From: an uncultured bacterium
GTDB lineage: Bacteria > Patescibacteriota > Minisyncoccia > Phycocordibacterales > Phycocordibacteraceae
Reading direction: 5' to 3'
Length of the DNA stretch: 64,000 nucleotides
Assembly (NCBI GenBank): GCA_903825105.1
Contig: CAIJZI010000006.1
Coordinates: forward strand, 1,399 to 65,398
A program made the position numbers and the translations under genes. Under the pieces are notes generated by a model. It worked only from the letters and a program-made list of their open reading frames with translations, searched no databases and was not told the origin of the DNA. How positions within the stretch are numbered: the first letter of the stretch is position 1; every line of letters begins with the position of its first letter. Below, piece by piece: positions 27,963 to 36,398 of this stretch.

Positions 27963-29253
27963 CCTACCGGACAGTCCCGGTATTTATATCTTCAAGCAGG
28001 GAAGAAAGATTTTGTATATCGGCAAGGCGACCAGCTTACGCGATCGTACGCGTTCTTATTTTGACGATGATTTAATCATTACGCGAGGCCCTCGCATTGT
28101 CGATATGGTGACGAAGGCCGATAAAATTTCGCATGAGGTGACGCCAACGGTGCTCGAAGCTCTTGTGCGCGAAGCGGCATTGATTAAAAAATATCATCCG
28201 ATAGCAAACACGGACGGCAAAGATGATTCAACATTTCTATATGTTGTTATTACGGAAGAAAAAATTCCGCGGGTGCTCACGCTTCGTGGCAAAGAAATTG
28301 ATTTTAAAAACCGAAAAACAATCGGCAAAAGGTCAGACCTTAATGCAAGTTCCTCAAGGTCTGACCTTAATCCGAGGCCGATTGTTTTTCGTGCGATTTA
28401 CGGCCCATTCCCGAGTGGTGCACAACTTAAAGAAGCTTTGCGAATTATTCGGCGCATCTTTCCATTTTTTGACACGCCGAAGCCTGTTGAAACAAAAAAT
28501 AAACATCAAGCGGCAAACATAGAGTTTAATAAACAGATTAAACAGTATCCGACTAATTTCGACGCTAAAGAATATCGCCGCACGATTCGGAGCGTGATGC
28601 TTTTCTTAAGTGGGCGCGCAAAAGATTTGAGAATAAAACTTGAAAAAGAAATGCACACGGCGAGCGAAGAAGAGCGATTTGAAGATGCTGCAGAACTGCG
28701 TCGACAACTTTTTGCATTGAATCATATACAAGATGTCTCGCTGATTAAGGATGAGAATCTTGAACGCAGCCCTTCGACAAGCTCAGGGCGATTCGCTTCG
28801 CGAATCGAAGCCTATGACACCGCGCATTTGTCTGGCACGAATGCGATTGGGGTAATGACGGTGGTCATCGACGGCACGCCAGTTAAAAAAGAATATCGCA
28901 CCTTTCGCATCCGTGGCAATGTGGGACTTCCGATGTCCCACATGAAAAACGACGATATTGCCTCATTAAAAGAAATTTTATCGCGTCGCTTTAATCATCC
29001 AGAATGGCAGTTCCCAGAAGTGATTGTCGTTGATGGTGGCAAGACACAGAAAAAAGCAGCAGAAGATTTTTTGAAAGAAAAGGATTTAAAAATTCCTGTC
29101 GTCGCGGTCGTGAAAGATGAAAGGCACCGCCCGCGCGAAGTCTTGGGCGCGCGTGTAGGGAAAATCTCTGAAGCAGACGCTGTTCTAGCGAATAGCGAAG
29201 CGCATCGATTCTCCCTTGTTCGTCACCGCCAAGCCCGCTCGCGTTTGGTATAA
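27934..29253 (+). CDS. uvrC: Excinuclease ABC subunit C, short form lacking the C-terminal HhH region
   Basis: GIY-YIG 'PGIYIFKQGRKILYIGKATSLRDR'; UVR helix 'EERFEDAAELRRQLFALNHI'; RNase H-like endonuclease region 'IEAYDTAHLSGTNAIGVMTVV'. 439 aa. Overlaps uvrA by 29 nt. Confidence 0.7.
   Translation: MEKSDLKKSNLPDSPGIYIFKQGRKILYIGKATSLRDRTRSYFDDDLIITRGPRIVDMVTKADKISHEVTPTVLEALVREAALIKKYHPIANTDGKDDSTFLYVVITEEKIPRVLTLRGKEIDFKNRKTIGKRSDLNASSSRSDLNPRPIVFRAIYGPFPSGAQLKEALRIIRRIFPFFDTPKPVETKNKHQAANIEFNKQIKQYPTNFDAKEYRRTIRSVMLFLSGRAKDLRIKLEKEMHTASEEERFEDAAELRRQLFALNHIQDVSLIKDENLERSPSTSSGRFASRIEAYDTAHLSGTNAIGVMTVVIDGTPVKKEYRTFRIRGNVGLPMSHMKNDDIASLKEILSRRFNHPEWQFPEVIVVDGGKTQKKAAEDFLKEKDLKIPVVAVVKDERHRPREVLGARVGKISEADAVLANSEAHRFSLVRHRQARSRLV
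28329..28370. repeat. Double-hairpin element (GTCwGAC core) in frame inside uvrC
   Basis: AAGGTCAGACCTTAA-TGCAAGTTCCTC-AAGGTCTGACCTTAA, which encodes 'RSDLNASSSRSDLN'. Confidence 0.55.
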
Positions 29254-29260
29254 TAAATAT

Positions 29261-30247
29261 ATGCAAACCGTCGTTGGGATACTGCGAGGCGGGCCTTCGC
29301 GTGAACACGAGGTCTCGCTTAAAACGGGCGCGGCGATAATCGCGAACCTGCCTGAAGACCGATTCGTCGCGCGCGATATTTATATTGATAAAAACGGCGT
29401 TTGGCACGATCGAGGAATCCCGACAACTCCAGATAAAATTCTGCGACAAGTCGATGTGATTTTAAACGGTCTTCATGGCGACTACGGTGAAGACGGCGAG
29501 GTGCAAAAACTGCTCGAACAATTCAGTATTCCTTTTGCCGGTTCAGATTCATTTGGCTCGTATCTCGCGATGCATAAACTAATGTCGAAGAAGCGTGCGC
29601 AGGAGGCGGGACTGCTCACGCCAAAATTTCATTACATCGAAAATATTTCAGACAGCGAAAAAGCGGCAATAGAAATCACGCGAGCCTTTCATCAGCCCGT
29701 TATTGTAAAGCCGGTGAGTTGGGGCTCTTCGATCGGCGTCTCAATAGTTGGCGGCTATGTGCCGGTGCTTCAATCAATTGAAAAACTTTTTGGAGATGGG
29801 GCTAAAAGCGTTTTAGTAGAAGAATATATTCGCGGCAAGGAGGCGACGGCTGGAGTGGTCGAAGGACTGCGCGGAGAGAAGTTGTATGCACTCCCAACAG
29901 TTGAAATTGTTGCTCCAGAAAATGATTTCTTTTCATATAATTCAAAATATTCGGGGAAATCGCGCGAAGTCTGCCCGGGTAAATTCTCGCGCGTGATGTC
30001 TGAAGAGCTGCAGCGCGCCGCGCGCGTGATGCACCGGGCTCTTGGCCTGCGCCATTATTCGCGTAGCGATTTTATTGTCGCACCGCGGAAGGGCGAGCTT
30101 GGTGCAGAGAGTGTGTATTATCTCGAAACAAATACGCTTCCCGGACTCACTTCAGAATCGTTATTGCCAAAATCTCTCGCCGCCGTCGGCGTCTCCTTCT
30201 CTGATTTCTTATCACATCTGGTCAATTTAGCACTAGGGAAAAATTGA
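29261..30247 (+). CDS. ddl: D-alanine--D-alanine ligase (ATP-grasp)
   Basis: 'VVGILRGGPSREHEVSLKTG', 'DVILNGLHGDYGEDGEVQKLLE', 'FHQPVIVKPVSWGSSIGVS', 'ETNTLPGLT'. Start set at 'MQTVVG'. Confidence 0.75.
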   Translation: MQTVVGILRGGPSREHEVSLKTGAAIIANLPEDRFVARDIYIDKNGVWHDRGIPTTPDKILRQVDVILNGLHGDYGEDGEVQKLLEQFSIPFAGSDSFGSYLAMHKLMSKKRAQEAGLLTPKFHYIENISDSEKAAIEITRAFHQPVIVKPVSWGSSIGVSIVGGYVPVLQSIEKLFGDGAKSVLVEEYIRGKEATAGVVEGLRGEKLYALPTVEIVAPENDFFSYNSKYSGKSREVCPGKFSRVMSEELQRAARVMHRALGLRHYSRSDFIVAPRKGELGAESVYYLETNTLPGLTSESLLPKSLAAVGVSFSDFLSHLVNLALGKN

Positions 30248-30291
30248 CTTCAAATTATTGGAAAGAAGTGATAGTATAGAAACACCCTAAC

Positions 30292-30364
30292 GGGCCGTTA
30301 GCTCAGTTGGTAGAGCACCACATTTGCAATGTGGGGGTCGCAGGTTCGAATCCTGTACGGTCCA
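30292..30364 (+). tRNA. tRNA-Ala (anticodon UGC)
   Basis: Cloverleaf GGGCCGT-TA-GCTC-AGTTGGTA-GAGC-A-CCACA-TTTGCAA-TGTGG-GGGTC-GCAGG-TTCGAAT-CCTGT-ACGGTCC-A. Has the G3:U70 Ala identity pair. CCA is not encoded. Confidence 0.8.
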
Positions 30365-30592
30365 CAAAACAAAAGAGCCGTACGCGAGAGCGTTCGGCGA
30401 TTATTGTTTTGTAGGGCTGTACGGGATTCGAAGAGACGGAGCGGGGAACCCGTCGAGCACGACGGGTCGCGAGTCGCGGACACGACCAAAACCGAGTGCC
30501 GACGAGGTTTTGAGTTGCGGACGAAAAGCGTAATCGCGGTCCTGCACAACAGTGGTATTATGTCAGTTATGAACACACCAAACAAAGTTTTG

Positions 30593-31168
30593 ATGACACA
30601 AGCGCGGGAGTAGCTCGAAGGGAAGTGGAGTTCTGCTATCGGATTTTATTTTGTGTATCTCGTGATCACAATCTCGATTAGTCTGTTATTGGGGCTCTTT
30701 AAGATCAAAGGGCTGGCTCCAATCGTGTCGCTTATTCTCACGGGTCCATTCATGCTCGGTGTATCTCTTTTCACCCTGTCATTTTCTCGTGGGCAGCATA
30801 CAGACTACGGTTTTTTGTTTAAAGGATTCAACTACTTCGGTAGGACAGTTGGTGCATATCTTTGGGTGATGCTCTTTACAGTGCTTTGGTCGCTCCTTCT
30901 CATTGTCCCTGGGATTATTGCTGGTATCTCCTATTCTCAAACATTCTTCATAATGGCAGACGATACTTCAACCGACTTTAGAGAAGCGGTGAAGAAGAGT
31001 AAAAGAATGATGCAGGGAAATAATAAGTGGAGATATTTTTATCTTCATATGCGATTCTTGGGCTGGGCTTTGCTCTCACTCCTGACGCTCGGGATTGGCT
31101 TTTTGTGGTTTATCCCGTATGTACGAATAAGCGAAGCGAAATTTTACGAAGATATAAAACACGGATAA
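30593..31168 (+). pseudogene. DUF975-family integral membrane protein interrupted by in-frame TAG at ~30611-30613 (alternatively an N-truncated CDS from GTG 30653)
   Basis: 'MTQARE*LEGKWSSAIGFYFVYLVITISI…' reads through as a typical DUF975 N-terminus. The downstream track ORF 30653-31168 is in the same frame. TAG is a genuine stop elsewhere in the window (e.g. the 8853-8855 stop of the dsbA-like gene). Confidence 0.5.
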
Positions 31169-31214
31169 TTGTTCCCGACAAAATGAAAAATCCGCAAAAA
31201 GCGGATCAGGGAAT

Positions 31215-31260
31215 TTAAAAAACGGACTGTTTGCAATTAATGCATTCAGTCCGTTTTGTT
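31215..31260. terminator. Bidirectional terminator between the DUF975 gene and the receiver gene
   Basis: AACGGACTG-…-CAGTCCGTT hairpin with A/T runs on both sides. Confidence 0.55.
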
Positions 31261-31652
31261 TACGAGCTCAAAGCGGCGGAGAGCTGCCTCTTTAGCGTCA
31301 TCTGTGGCCCGCGCTTACGCCGGGTCACATCCTTGATTGTCTCCAGTAATTCGCCGGCCGAATTACTTTTGTTCAAAAGGGCATTGGCGGCGTCACTCGA
31401 TGCCTCGAACAGAATTATAGGAACGCGCGAGTCCAGCCGTTTTAAATTTTCAGTGAGTTGTACGCTGGTGTCCGGATTCATAAATCTTATAATCACGAGA
31501 TCAATAACCGGATTTTTCAGAAACTGCTTTTCCGCCTCGAGTGGGTCACTCGCCCGTATCAGGTGGAAACAATTTGTCTTAAGCAGATAGGCAAGGATCG
31601 AAATCCTCTCCTCGTCTCCTGCCAAAAGCACCATCTTTCTCGGTCTCCCCAT
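31260..31652 (-). CDS. Stand-alone response-regulator receiver (CheY-like) domain protein
   Basis: Start at 'MGRPRKMVLLAGDEE', preceded by GGAGGA. 'VIDLVIIRF' phospho-acceptor Asp region. 130 aa with no output domain. Confidence 0.55.
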   Translation of the reverse strand: MGRPRKMVLLAGDEERISILAYLLKTNCFHLIRASDPLEAEKQFLKNPVIDLVIIRFMNPDTSVQLTENLKRLDSRVPIILFEASSDAANALLNKSNSAGELLETIKDVTRRKRGPQMTLKRQLSAALSS

Positions 31653-31725
31653 ACAAATCCTCCACAAATCCTTTTGTATTATAGCATAACGCGAAAAATC
31701 CGCAAAAAGCGGATTTTTCGTTTTG

Positions 31726-31796
31726 TCGGGCCGCCGAGAATTGAACTCGGTCTACACGCACCCGAAGCGTGCGTACTACCGGCATACTCCGGCCCG
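31726..31796 (-). tRNA. tRNA-Pro (anticodon CGG)
   Basis: Minus strand: CGGGCCG…; anticodon stem CACGC/GCGTG with loop TTCGGGT; T-arm CCGAG-TTCAATT-CTCGG; acceptor 3' strand CGGCCCG-A; C1:G72 pair. Confidence 0.6.
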
Positions 31797-31867
31797 AAGC
31801 ACCTCAACAGTCTAGCTATTTTTTTGGATAAAGTAAAAGCCCGCCGAGGATCTGGCGGGCTAGGGAA

Positions 31868-32212
31868 CTACTCAAGCAGCACAAGCGATTTGATCAGGCT
31901 CGGAGTGTTCACTTTTTTAGGCAAGATTACAATCTTGTCGCTCGGCACTTTGTCGACGAGTAGAATGACTCTGATGTGCGGATGATCACTGCTTACCGTT
32001 TCCGCTTCCATAATCATTGCACTGGAAGTGAAGATCATCACATCCACCTTACCTTCGTCGGCGAGTTCCATCGCGCTCGTAATAGATCCGACTGTTTGTA
32101 CTGATGCGACGGGGCCTCCGCCGCTCTCTGTGCGGCAAATGTCGTTAACTGCGCAGGTTACCATTTCGACGGTAACATGGTCGCTTGTATCGACTACCAA
32201 AACCTTTTTCAT
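31868..32212 (-). CDS. Small hypothetical protein, possibly a divergent receiver-like fold
   Basis: 'MKKVLVVDTSDH…VDVMIFTSS' resembles the beta1/beta3 strands of receiver domains. Sits between tRNA genes. Confidence 0.35.
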   Translation of the reverse strand: MKKVLVVDTSDHVTVEMVTCAVNDICRTESGGGPVASVQTVGSITSAMELADEGKVDVMIFTSSAMIMEAETVSSDHPHIRVILLVDKVPSDKIVILPKKVNTPSLIKSLVLLE

Positions 32213-32272
32213 CTACCCTCCTTTTTTCAAATTTCCATTTATGACAATAATACTTTTTATGGGAAATGCAAG

Positions 32273-32346
32273 TGCGCTCTACAGGATTCGGACCTGTGAC
32301 CTTACGCGTGTGAAGCGTACGCTCTAACCAACTGAGCTAAGAGCGC
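32273..32346 (-). tRNA. tRNA-Val (anticodon CAC)
   Basis: Minus strand: GCGCTCT-TA-GCTC-AGTTGGTTA-GAGC-GTACGC-TTCACAC-GCGTA…-GGTCC-GAATCCTGT-AGAGCGC-A. Confidence 0.7.
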
Positions 32347-32388
32347 GCATATAGACAATAGCAGACATATCGCGATATTCACAAATTG

Positions 32389-32461
32389 TGGACCCGAGGG
32401 GGATCGAACCCCTTGCCTCGTCCATGCCATGGACGCGCTCTACCAAGTGAGCTACGGGCCC
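32389..32461 (-). tRNA. tRNA-Ala (anticodon GGC)
   Basis: Minus strand: GGGCCCG-TA-GCTC-ACTTGGTA-GAGC-G-CGTCC-ATGGCAT-GGACG-…-GGGGTTCGATCCCCC-TCGGGTCC-A. Has the G3:U70 pair. Confidence 0.7.
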
Positions 32462-32537
32462 GGTTTATTGTGGCGCCGTAATAGGAATTACGGCATCCTA
32501 CAAAATTATACTCGCCGATTACGGCTCGTTAATTTTG

Positions 32538-32610
32538 TGGACCTGAGCGGACTTGAACCGCTTACCTCGTCAATGCGAATGACGCGCTCTACCAGATGAG
32601 CTACAGGCCC
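32538..32610 (-). tRNA. tRNA-Ala (anticodon CGC)
   Basis: Minus strand: GGGCCTG-TA-GCTC-ATCTGGTA-GAGC-G-CGTCA-TTCGCAT-TGACG-…-GCGGTTCAAGTCCGC-TCAGGTCC-A. Has the G3:U70 pair. Confidence 0.7.
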
Positions 32611-32640
32611 TAATCGAACAGATTTTAACATACATAACAA

Positions 32641-32690
32641 AAACACAAAACCCGCCGCGCGGAACGCGCGGCGGATTTTTTGTTTTGCGA
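32641..32690. terminator. Bidirectional GC hairpin terminator upstream of the tRNA cluster and downstream of the SWIB gene
   Basis: CCCGCCGCGCGG-AA-CGCGCGGCGG flanked by an A-rich 5' run and a TTTTTTGTTTTG 3' run. Confidence 0.6.
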
Positions 32691-32692
32691 AT

Positions 32693-32968
32693 TTATTTCA
32701 AATGCGCCGAGACGAGCTTCGTCATCTCGAACATCGTCACTTCGCCTTTACCGAAGACTATCTTCAGCTTCTCATCCGCGAGGATGTTGCGCTTGTTCGC
32801 TGGGTTCTGAAGGTCGTGCTTCTTGATGTATTCCCAAAGTTTCTTAACCACTTCAGTTCTCGGCATCGGGCCTGCGCCAATAACGGCTTCAAGTTCCGGT
32901 GAAAGGGTAAGCGGTTTTGATAGAGCTGAGTTTATTGCCATAATGAATATAATTCGATTAATGCGCAC
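32693..32968 (-). CDS. SWIB/MDM2-domain protein
   Basis: 'LSPELEAVIGAGPMPRTEVVKKLWEYIKKHDLQNPANKRNILADEKLKIVFGKGEVTMFEMTKLVSAHL' is the SWIB/MDM2 consensus. Track start appears to be a GTG; an internal ATG at 'MAINS' is possible. Confidence 0.65.
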   Translation of the reverse strand: MRINRIIFIMAINSALSKPLTLSPELEAVIGAGPMPRTEVVKKLWEYIKKHDLQNPANKRNILADEKLKIVFGKGEVTMFEMTKLVSAHLK

Positions 32969-33000
32969 ACTGCCGTCTACTAGTATACCGCACTTGAGGG

Positions 33001-33249
33001 ATGTATACTAGGGGTATGTCAATACAAAGTTTCTTATTAAATCAGTACGCGAAGTGGAAGTTGAAGGATATGCCGGTCGAGCAGCGCGAACAGATGACCG
33101 CTCTCGTCTCAAAGGATCCAGAACTTTTTAAAAAAATCGGTGAAGAAATCGAGCGAAGGAAGAAGGGCGGGGAGCCAGAGATGAAGGCAGCGATGGAGGT
33201 GATGAAGAAGTATCGCGCCGAGCTCTCGGTGCTGATGCAAAATAAATAA
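33001..33249 (+). CDS. Small charged hypothetical protein
   Basis: 82-aa Lys/Glu-rich helical ORF. Confidence 0.35.
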   Translation: MYTRGMSIQSFLLNQYAKWKLKDMPVEQREQMTALVSKDPELFKKIGEEIERRKKGGEPEMKAAMEVMKKYRAELSVLMQNK

Positions 33250-33259
33250 TACATAAAAT

Positions 33260-33769
33260 ATGATCGCCCTCGTCTTCTTCCTTATCTTCTTTCAAGCGTT
33301 CGGCGCTTGTGTCGGGGCATTCTCCGCGCTTTGGGGCGAAGTGGTCTACATTGTAGCGATGCGTGATGGAAAAATAGATAAAGCAGAACGCGCACATCTC
33401 ACCGCGATCGGGCAGGGACTGCGCTTCGGGATGGCGATGCTTCTCCTCGCATCATTCGCGCTCATTATCGTTGACTTCACACTCCGCGTCTCGCGCCAGC
33501 CGGCGCTCACGCCGAGCTATTGGATCTTTATCTTCCTCGCTCTCGCTGTTATCGTCGCTTCGTGGCTTCTCGCGCGAAAAAAGATTTCTTTTATCGCCGG
33601 CTCCGCGATTCTCATAACCTCGTGGGCGCTGCTCGTCTTCTTAACCCTAGGGCTTTTGCCCGTTATCTCATTCCTCGCGATCGTAGCCCTTTTTGTCATT
33701 CTCGTCGTCGTTTTATATGCCGTGATTTATTACGCCCGTCTTATCGCATCGTCACCTAGAAATAGATGA
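33260..33769 (+). CDS. Hypothetical multi-TM membrane protein
   Basis: Four predicted TM helices; no motif recognised. Confidence 0.45.
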   Translation: MIALVFFLIFFQAFGACVGAFSALWGEVVYIVAMRDGKIDKAERAHLTAIGQGLRFGMAMLLLASFALIIVDFTLRVSRQPALTPSYWIFIFLALAVIVASWLLARKKISFIAGSAILITSWALLVFLTLGLLPVISFLAIVALFVILVVVLYAVIYYARLIASSPRNR

Positions 33770-33796
33770 CATAGTAATTACCGCTCGTATTGTATA

Positions 33797-34966
33797 ATGA
33801 ATCAGAATTCTTTTAATCAAAATTACTTATTAAACATGAATAAACCATCCGCTTTCCAAACCCAATATCCTTTAAGTCAGAAGAAGTTTTGGAAAAAAAT
33901 AATACCTAGTTTTATCTTTTGGTTTATTATTTCGGTTGGACTTGCGATCTTTCAAATAATTTTTGTCACACAGCTTTTTGGCGCATCAGATCTGATAGAC
34001 ATGGCTAATTTTATAAATATATCTCTCTTGGTATTTTATAGTGTAGTCGTAGTCTCTTTTGTAATCTATATTTTTTATATTAAAGCCTACATAAAAAGAT
34101 ATTATTACGATTGTGGTGATCAGTTTGTCACAATCAAAAAAGGCGTCTTCGCCCCAACTGAAATTCATGTTCAATATCAAAAGATTCAGGATGTTTATGT
34201 GGATCAAGACTTATGGGATAGAATAATGGGGCTTTATGATGTTCATATCGCAAGCGCCACTGTGACTTCTGGAATTGAAGCTCATATCGATGGGGTAAAT
34301 GTAGATGTGGCGGAAAATTTAAAAAATATAATTCTAGAGAAAATTCATGGCGGGAATAATCCACCATCTATACAAGCAAGTAGCGGTCAGCCACAAAGTC
34401 AACAGTCGAGCTCTGTTCAATTTGCTCAAAAAATTTCAAGCGATACATATCCTATCGACGGCGCGTGGGTAGTCTCAATGCTTGGCAGTTCTTTGTTTTC
34501 TGGGATCATTTGGTCTCTTATTATCATAGGCTGTTCTCTAGGTAATGTAGATTATCATTCTACTTCGATTTTTTTGATATTATTTTTGTCACTATTATTA
34601 ATAATATTTTTTTTCCGTCTCGTTTATTTGTTAATTTGGAAAAAGAATTACTATTTTGAATTTATGCCGGAGTATATCTTGCTTCGCACGGGAGTGATTA
34701 GTAAATCAGAAAATCACTTACCATATAAATCAATCCAGAATGTTTTAAATAAGCAAAGTATCTTAAATAGAATATTGGGATTATCAACTGTGATAATTCA
34801 AAACGCTGCACAACAAATGGTTTCTTCTCGCGGGCAAGCAATCGGTCAAGGATCCGCCATTTCTCTCGTTTGGCAACCTAAAGATAAAGCGGAAGAATTA
34901 AGCAATATGCTAAATGAAATTGTTACTAAAGCAAATGCTCAAAATTCAAATAGTATGGGGTTGTAA
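33797..34966 (+). CDS. YdbT-like membrane protein with two bacterial PH (bPH_2/DUF304) domains
   Basis: TM hairpins followed by 'FVTIKKGVFAPTEIHVQYQKIQDVYVDQDLWDRIMGLYDV', then again 'ILLRTGVISKSENHLPYKSIQNVLNKQSILNRILGLSTV'. Gene is AT-rich. Confidence 0.55.
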   Translation: MNQNSFNQNYLLNMNKPSAFQTQYPLSQKKFWKKIIPSFIFWFIISVGLAIFQIIFVTQLFGASDLIDMANFINISLLVFYSVVVVSFVIYIFYIKAYIKRYYYDCGDQFVTIKKGVFAPTEIHVQYQKIQDVYVDQDLWDRIMGLYDVHIASATVTSGIEAHIDGVNVDVAENLKNIILEKIHGGNNPPSIQASSGQPQSQQSSSVQFAQKISSDTYPIDGAWVVSMLGSSLFSGIIWSLIIIGCSLGNVDYHSTSIFLILFLSLLLIIFFFRLVYLLIWKKNYYFEFMPEYILLRTGVISKSENHLPYKSIQNVLNKQSILNRILGLSTVIIQNAAQQMVSSRGQAIGQGSAISLVWQPKDKAEELSNMLNEIVTKANAQNSNSMGL

Positions 34967-35003
34967 GATAATAACGAAAATCATTAATAATTATATCTAA
35001 CAT

Positions 35004-35711
35004 ATGCTTAACACTTACATAAGCATCTTTAAAAAATATACCGTTTTTGACGGCCGTGCAGGGAGAAGGGAATATTGGATATTTATGCTCACGAACATCG
35101 TTCTCTATTTTTTTATTGAGTTTGTATGCAACGTAATTGCTCTTTCTACGGAAATAATGTGGATTACCGATCTCTCGTATCTCTTTGTGTTAGTAATCCT
35201 TCTCCCGAGCCTTGCGGTACAGGTGCGCAGACTTCACGATACGAATCGTAGCGGATGGTGGATATTAATCGGTCTGGTGCCGCTTTTTGGCGTAGTAGTG
35301 CTATTAGTGTTCGGATTGTTGGATGGTGAATCCAAAAATAATACACATGATTCTCTTATCACACAAAATGGAATAACCGGAATAAATTCCGTGACACCCC
35401 TGAATTCAGTTGTTCCTATTCAAAAAACAGGTTCACCGCTATCAAAGATCACGGCGATTACTTTTAGCGTCATCGCTTTCATTGCTTCTGGCGTCCATAT
35501 CTTGTTCGCTTTGGTATTCATTGTTTTTTGTGACAGTGGACCCGTGTCTCGATGTCTCAAATTTTCTAGTGTAGCGATGCTCTTTTGTTTGACGGAAGTT
35601 TCGGTGGCTATCACTGCTCTGGTGATGGTGAACAAAAAAACAAAGCTTGCATTACTTCTTTCTCTGCTTTCTATGATAATAGCTTTAGGATCTTTGGCAT
35701 TATTAAATTAA
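35004..35711 (+). CDS. DUF805-family inner-membrane protein with extra C-terminal TM domain
   Basis: 'FDGRAGRREYWIFMLTNIVLYFF' (GRxxRxEYW motif) and 'RLHDTNRSGWWILI'. Confidence 0.55.
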   Translation: MLNTYISIFKKYTVFDGRAGRREYWIFMLTNIVLYFFIEFVCNVIALSTEIMWITDLSYLFVLVILLPSLAVQVRRLHDTNRSGWWILIGLVPLFGVVVLLVFGLLDGESKNNTHDSLITQNGITGINSVTPLNSVVPIQKTGSPLSKITAITFSVIAFIASGVHILFALVFIVFCDSGPVSRCLKFSSVAMLFCLTEVSVAITALVMVNKKTKLALLLSLLSMIIALGSLALLN

Positions 35712-35712
35712 T

Positions 35713-36135
35713 ATGAAAAAGTTTTTAAATAAAACATTCAATCTCGCGGGTCTTTTAAGAGGGTTTTTAACAGGGGTAACGATCGGGCTGCTTCTATTCT
35801 TTCTTATAATTATTATCGGAGGATTAAAAGTAATTGAATCTGACGCTATATCTTTTATCTTTTACACAGTAACATTTCTTCCGGCTATCATTTTAGCGAT
35901 TTTAAAAGCGCGATCCAGCCCTGCTAAAATAAGCGAAGGTATTAAAAGATGGGTTGACTCAACAAGATCAGTTACCAATCTTAGTTTCGCCGCTGGTTCT
36001 GGGTTTGCGGATTCACTATTCCCAGAACAAATTACCATCAAGAGATTTCTTATAGAAACAATTTATTGGTTAAGCATAATAGCTTTTGTTATCTGTTTGA
36101 ATATGGCGGCATACTATGTGTACAGTAATCAATAA
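35713..36135 (+). CDS. Hypothetical membrane protein
   Basis: Four hydrophobic segments. Start is adjacent to the previous stop (operon). Confidence 0.4.
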   Translation: MKKFLNKTFNLAGLLRGFLTGVTIGLLLFFLIIIIGGLKVIESDAISFIFYTVTFLPAIILAILKARSSPAKISEGIKRWVDSTRSVTNLSFAAGSGFADSLFPEQITIKRFLIETIYWLSIIAFVICLNMAAYYVYSNQ

Positions 36136-36398
36136 TTAATCATCATTCTGAATTTATTTTTCTTTTTAAACAAAAACAAGCATTTAAAGCGCAAATAGTG
36201 TAAATTAAAAAGATGTTGAAAATTGGCATAGTGTGAACACTATCTGCCATCACTCTGGGTTAGAAAGAGAGAAACGCATCCCATTTTCATTTGTTATCAA
36301 GCTCCCTCCTCCGGATCATCGGACGGTAAAGCGAGCATTAAGAGAACTTCCTGTTTCCTAACCCTATATACCGTCAGGAAGCAGGAAGATGGTTCGGG

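Noticed and set aside
30329-30613. 94-aa ORF from the track overlapping tRNA-Ala
   Set aside because: It reads through the tRNA gene and the structured spacer. Only its last 6 codons (MTQARE) make sense, as the DUF975 N-terminus.
31458-31985. 175-aa plus-strand ORF spanning the receiver gene and tRNA-Pro
   Set aside because: Runs across a tRNA gene and a terminator, antisense to the receiver gene with its RBS.
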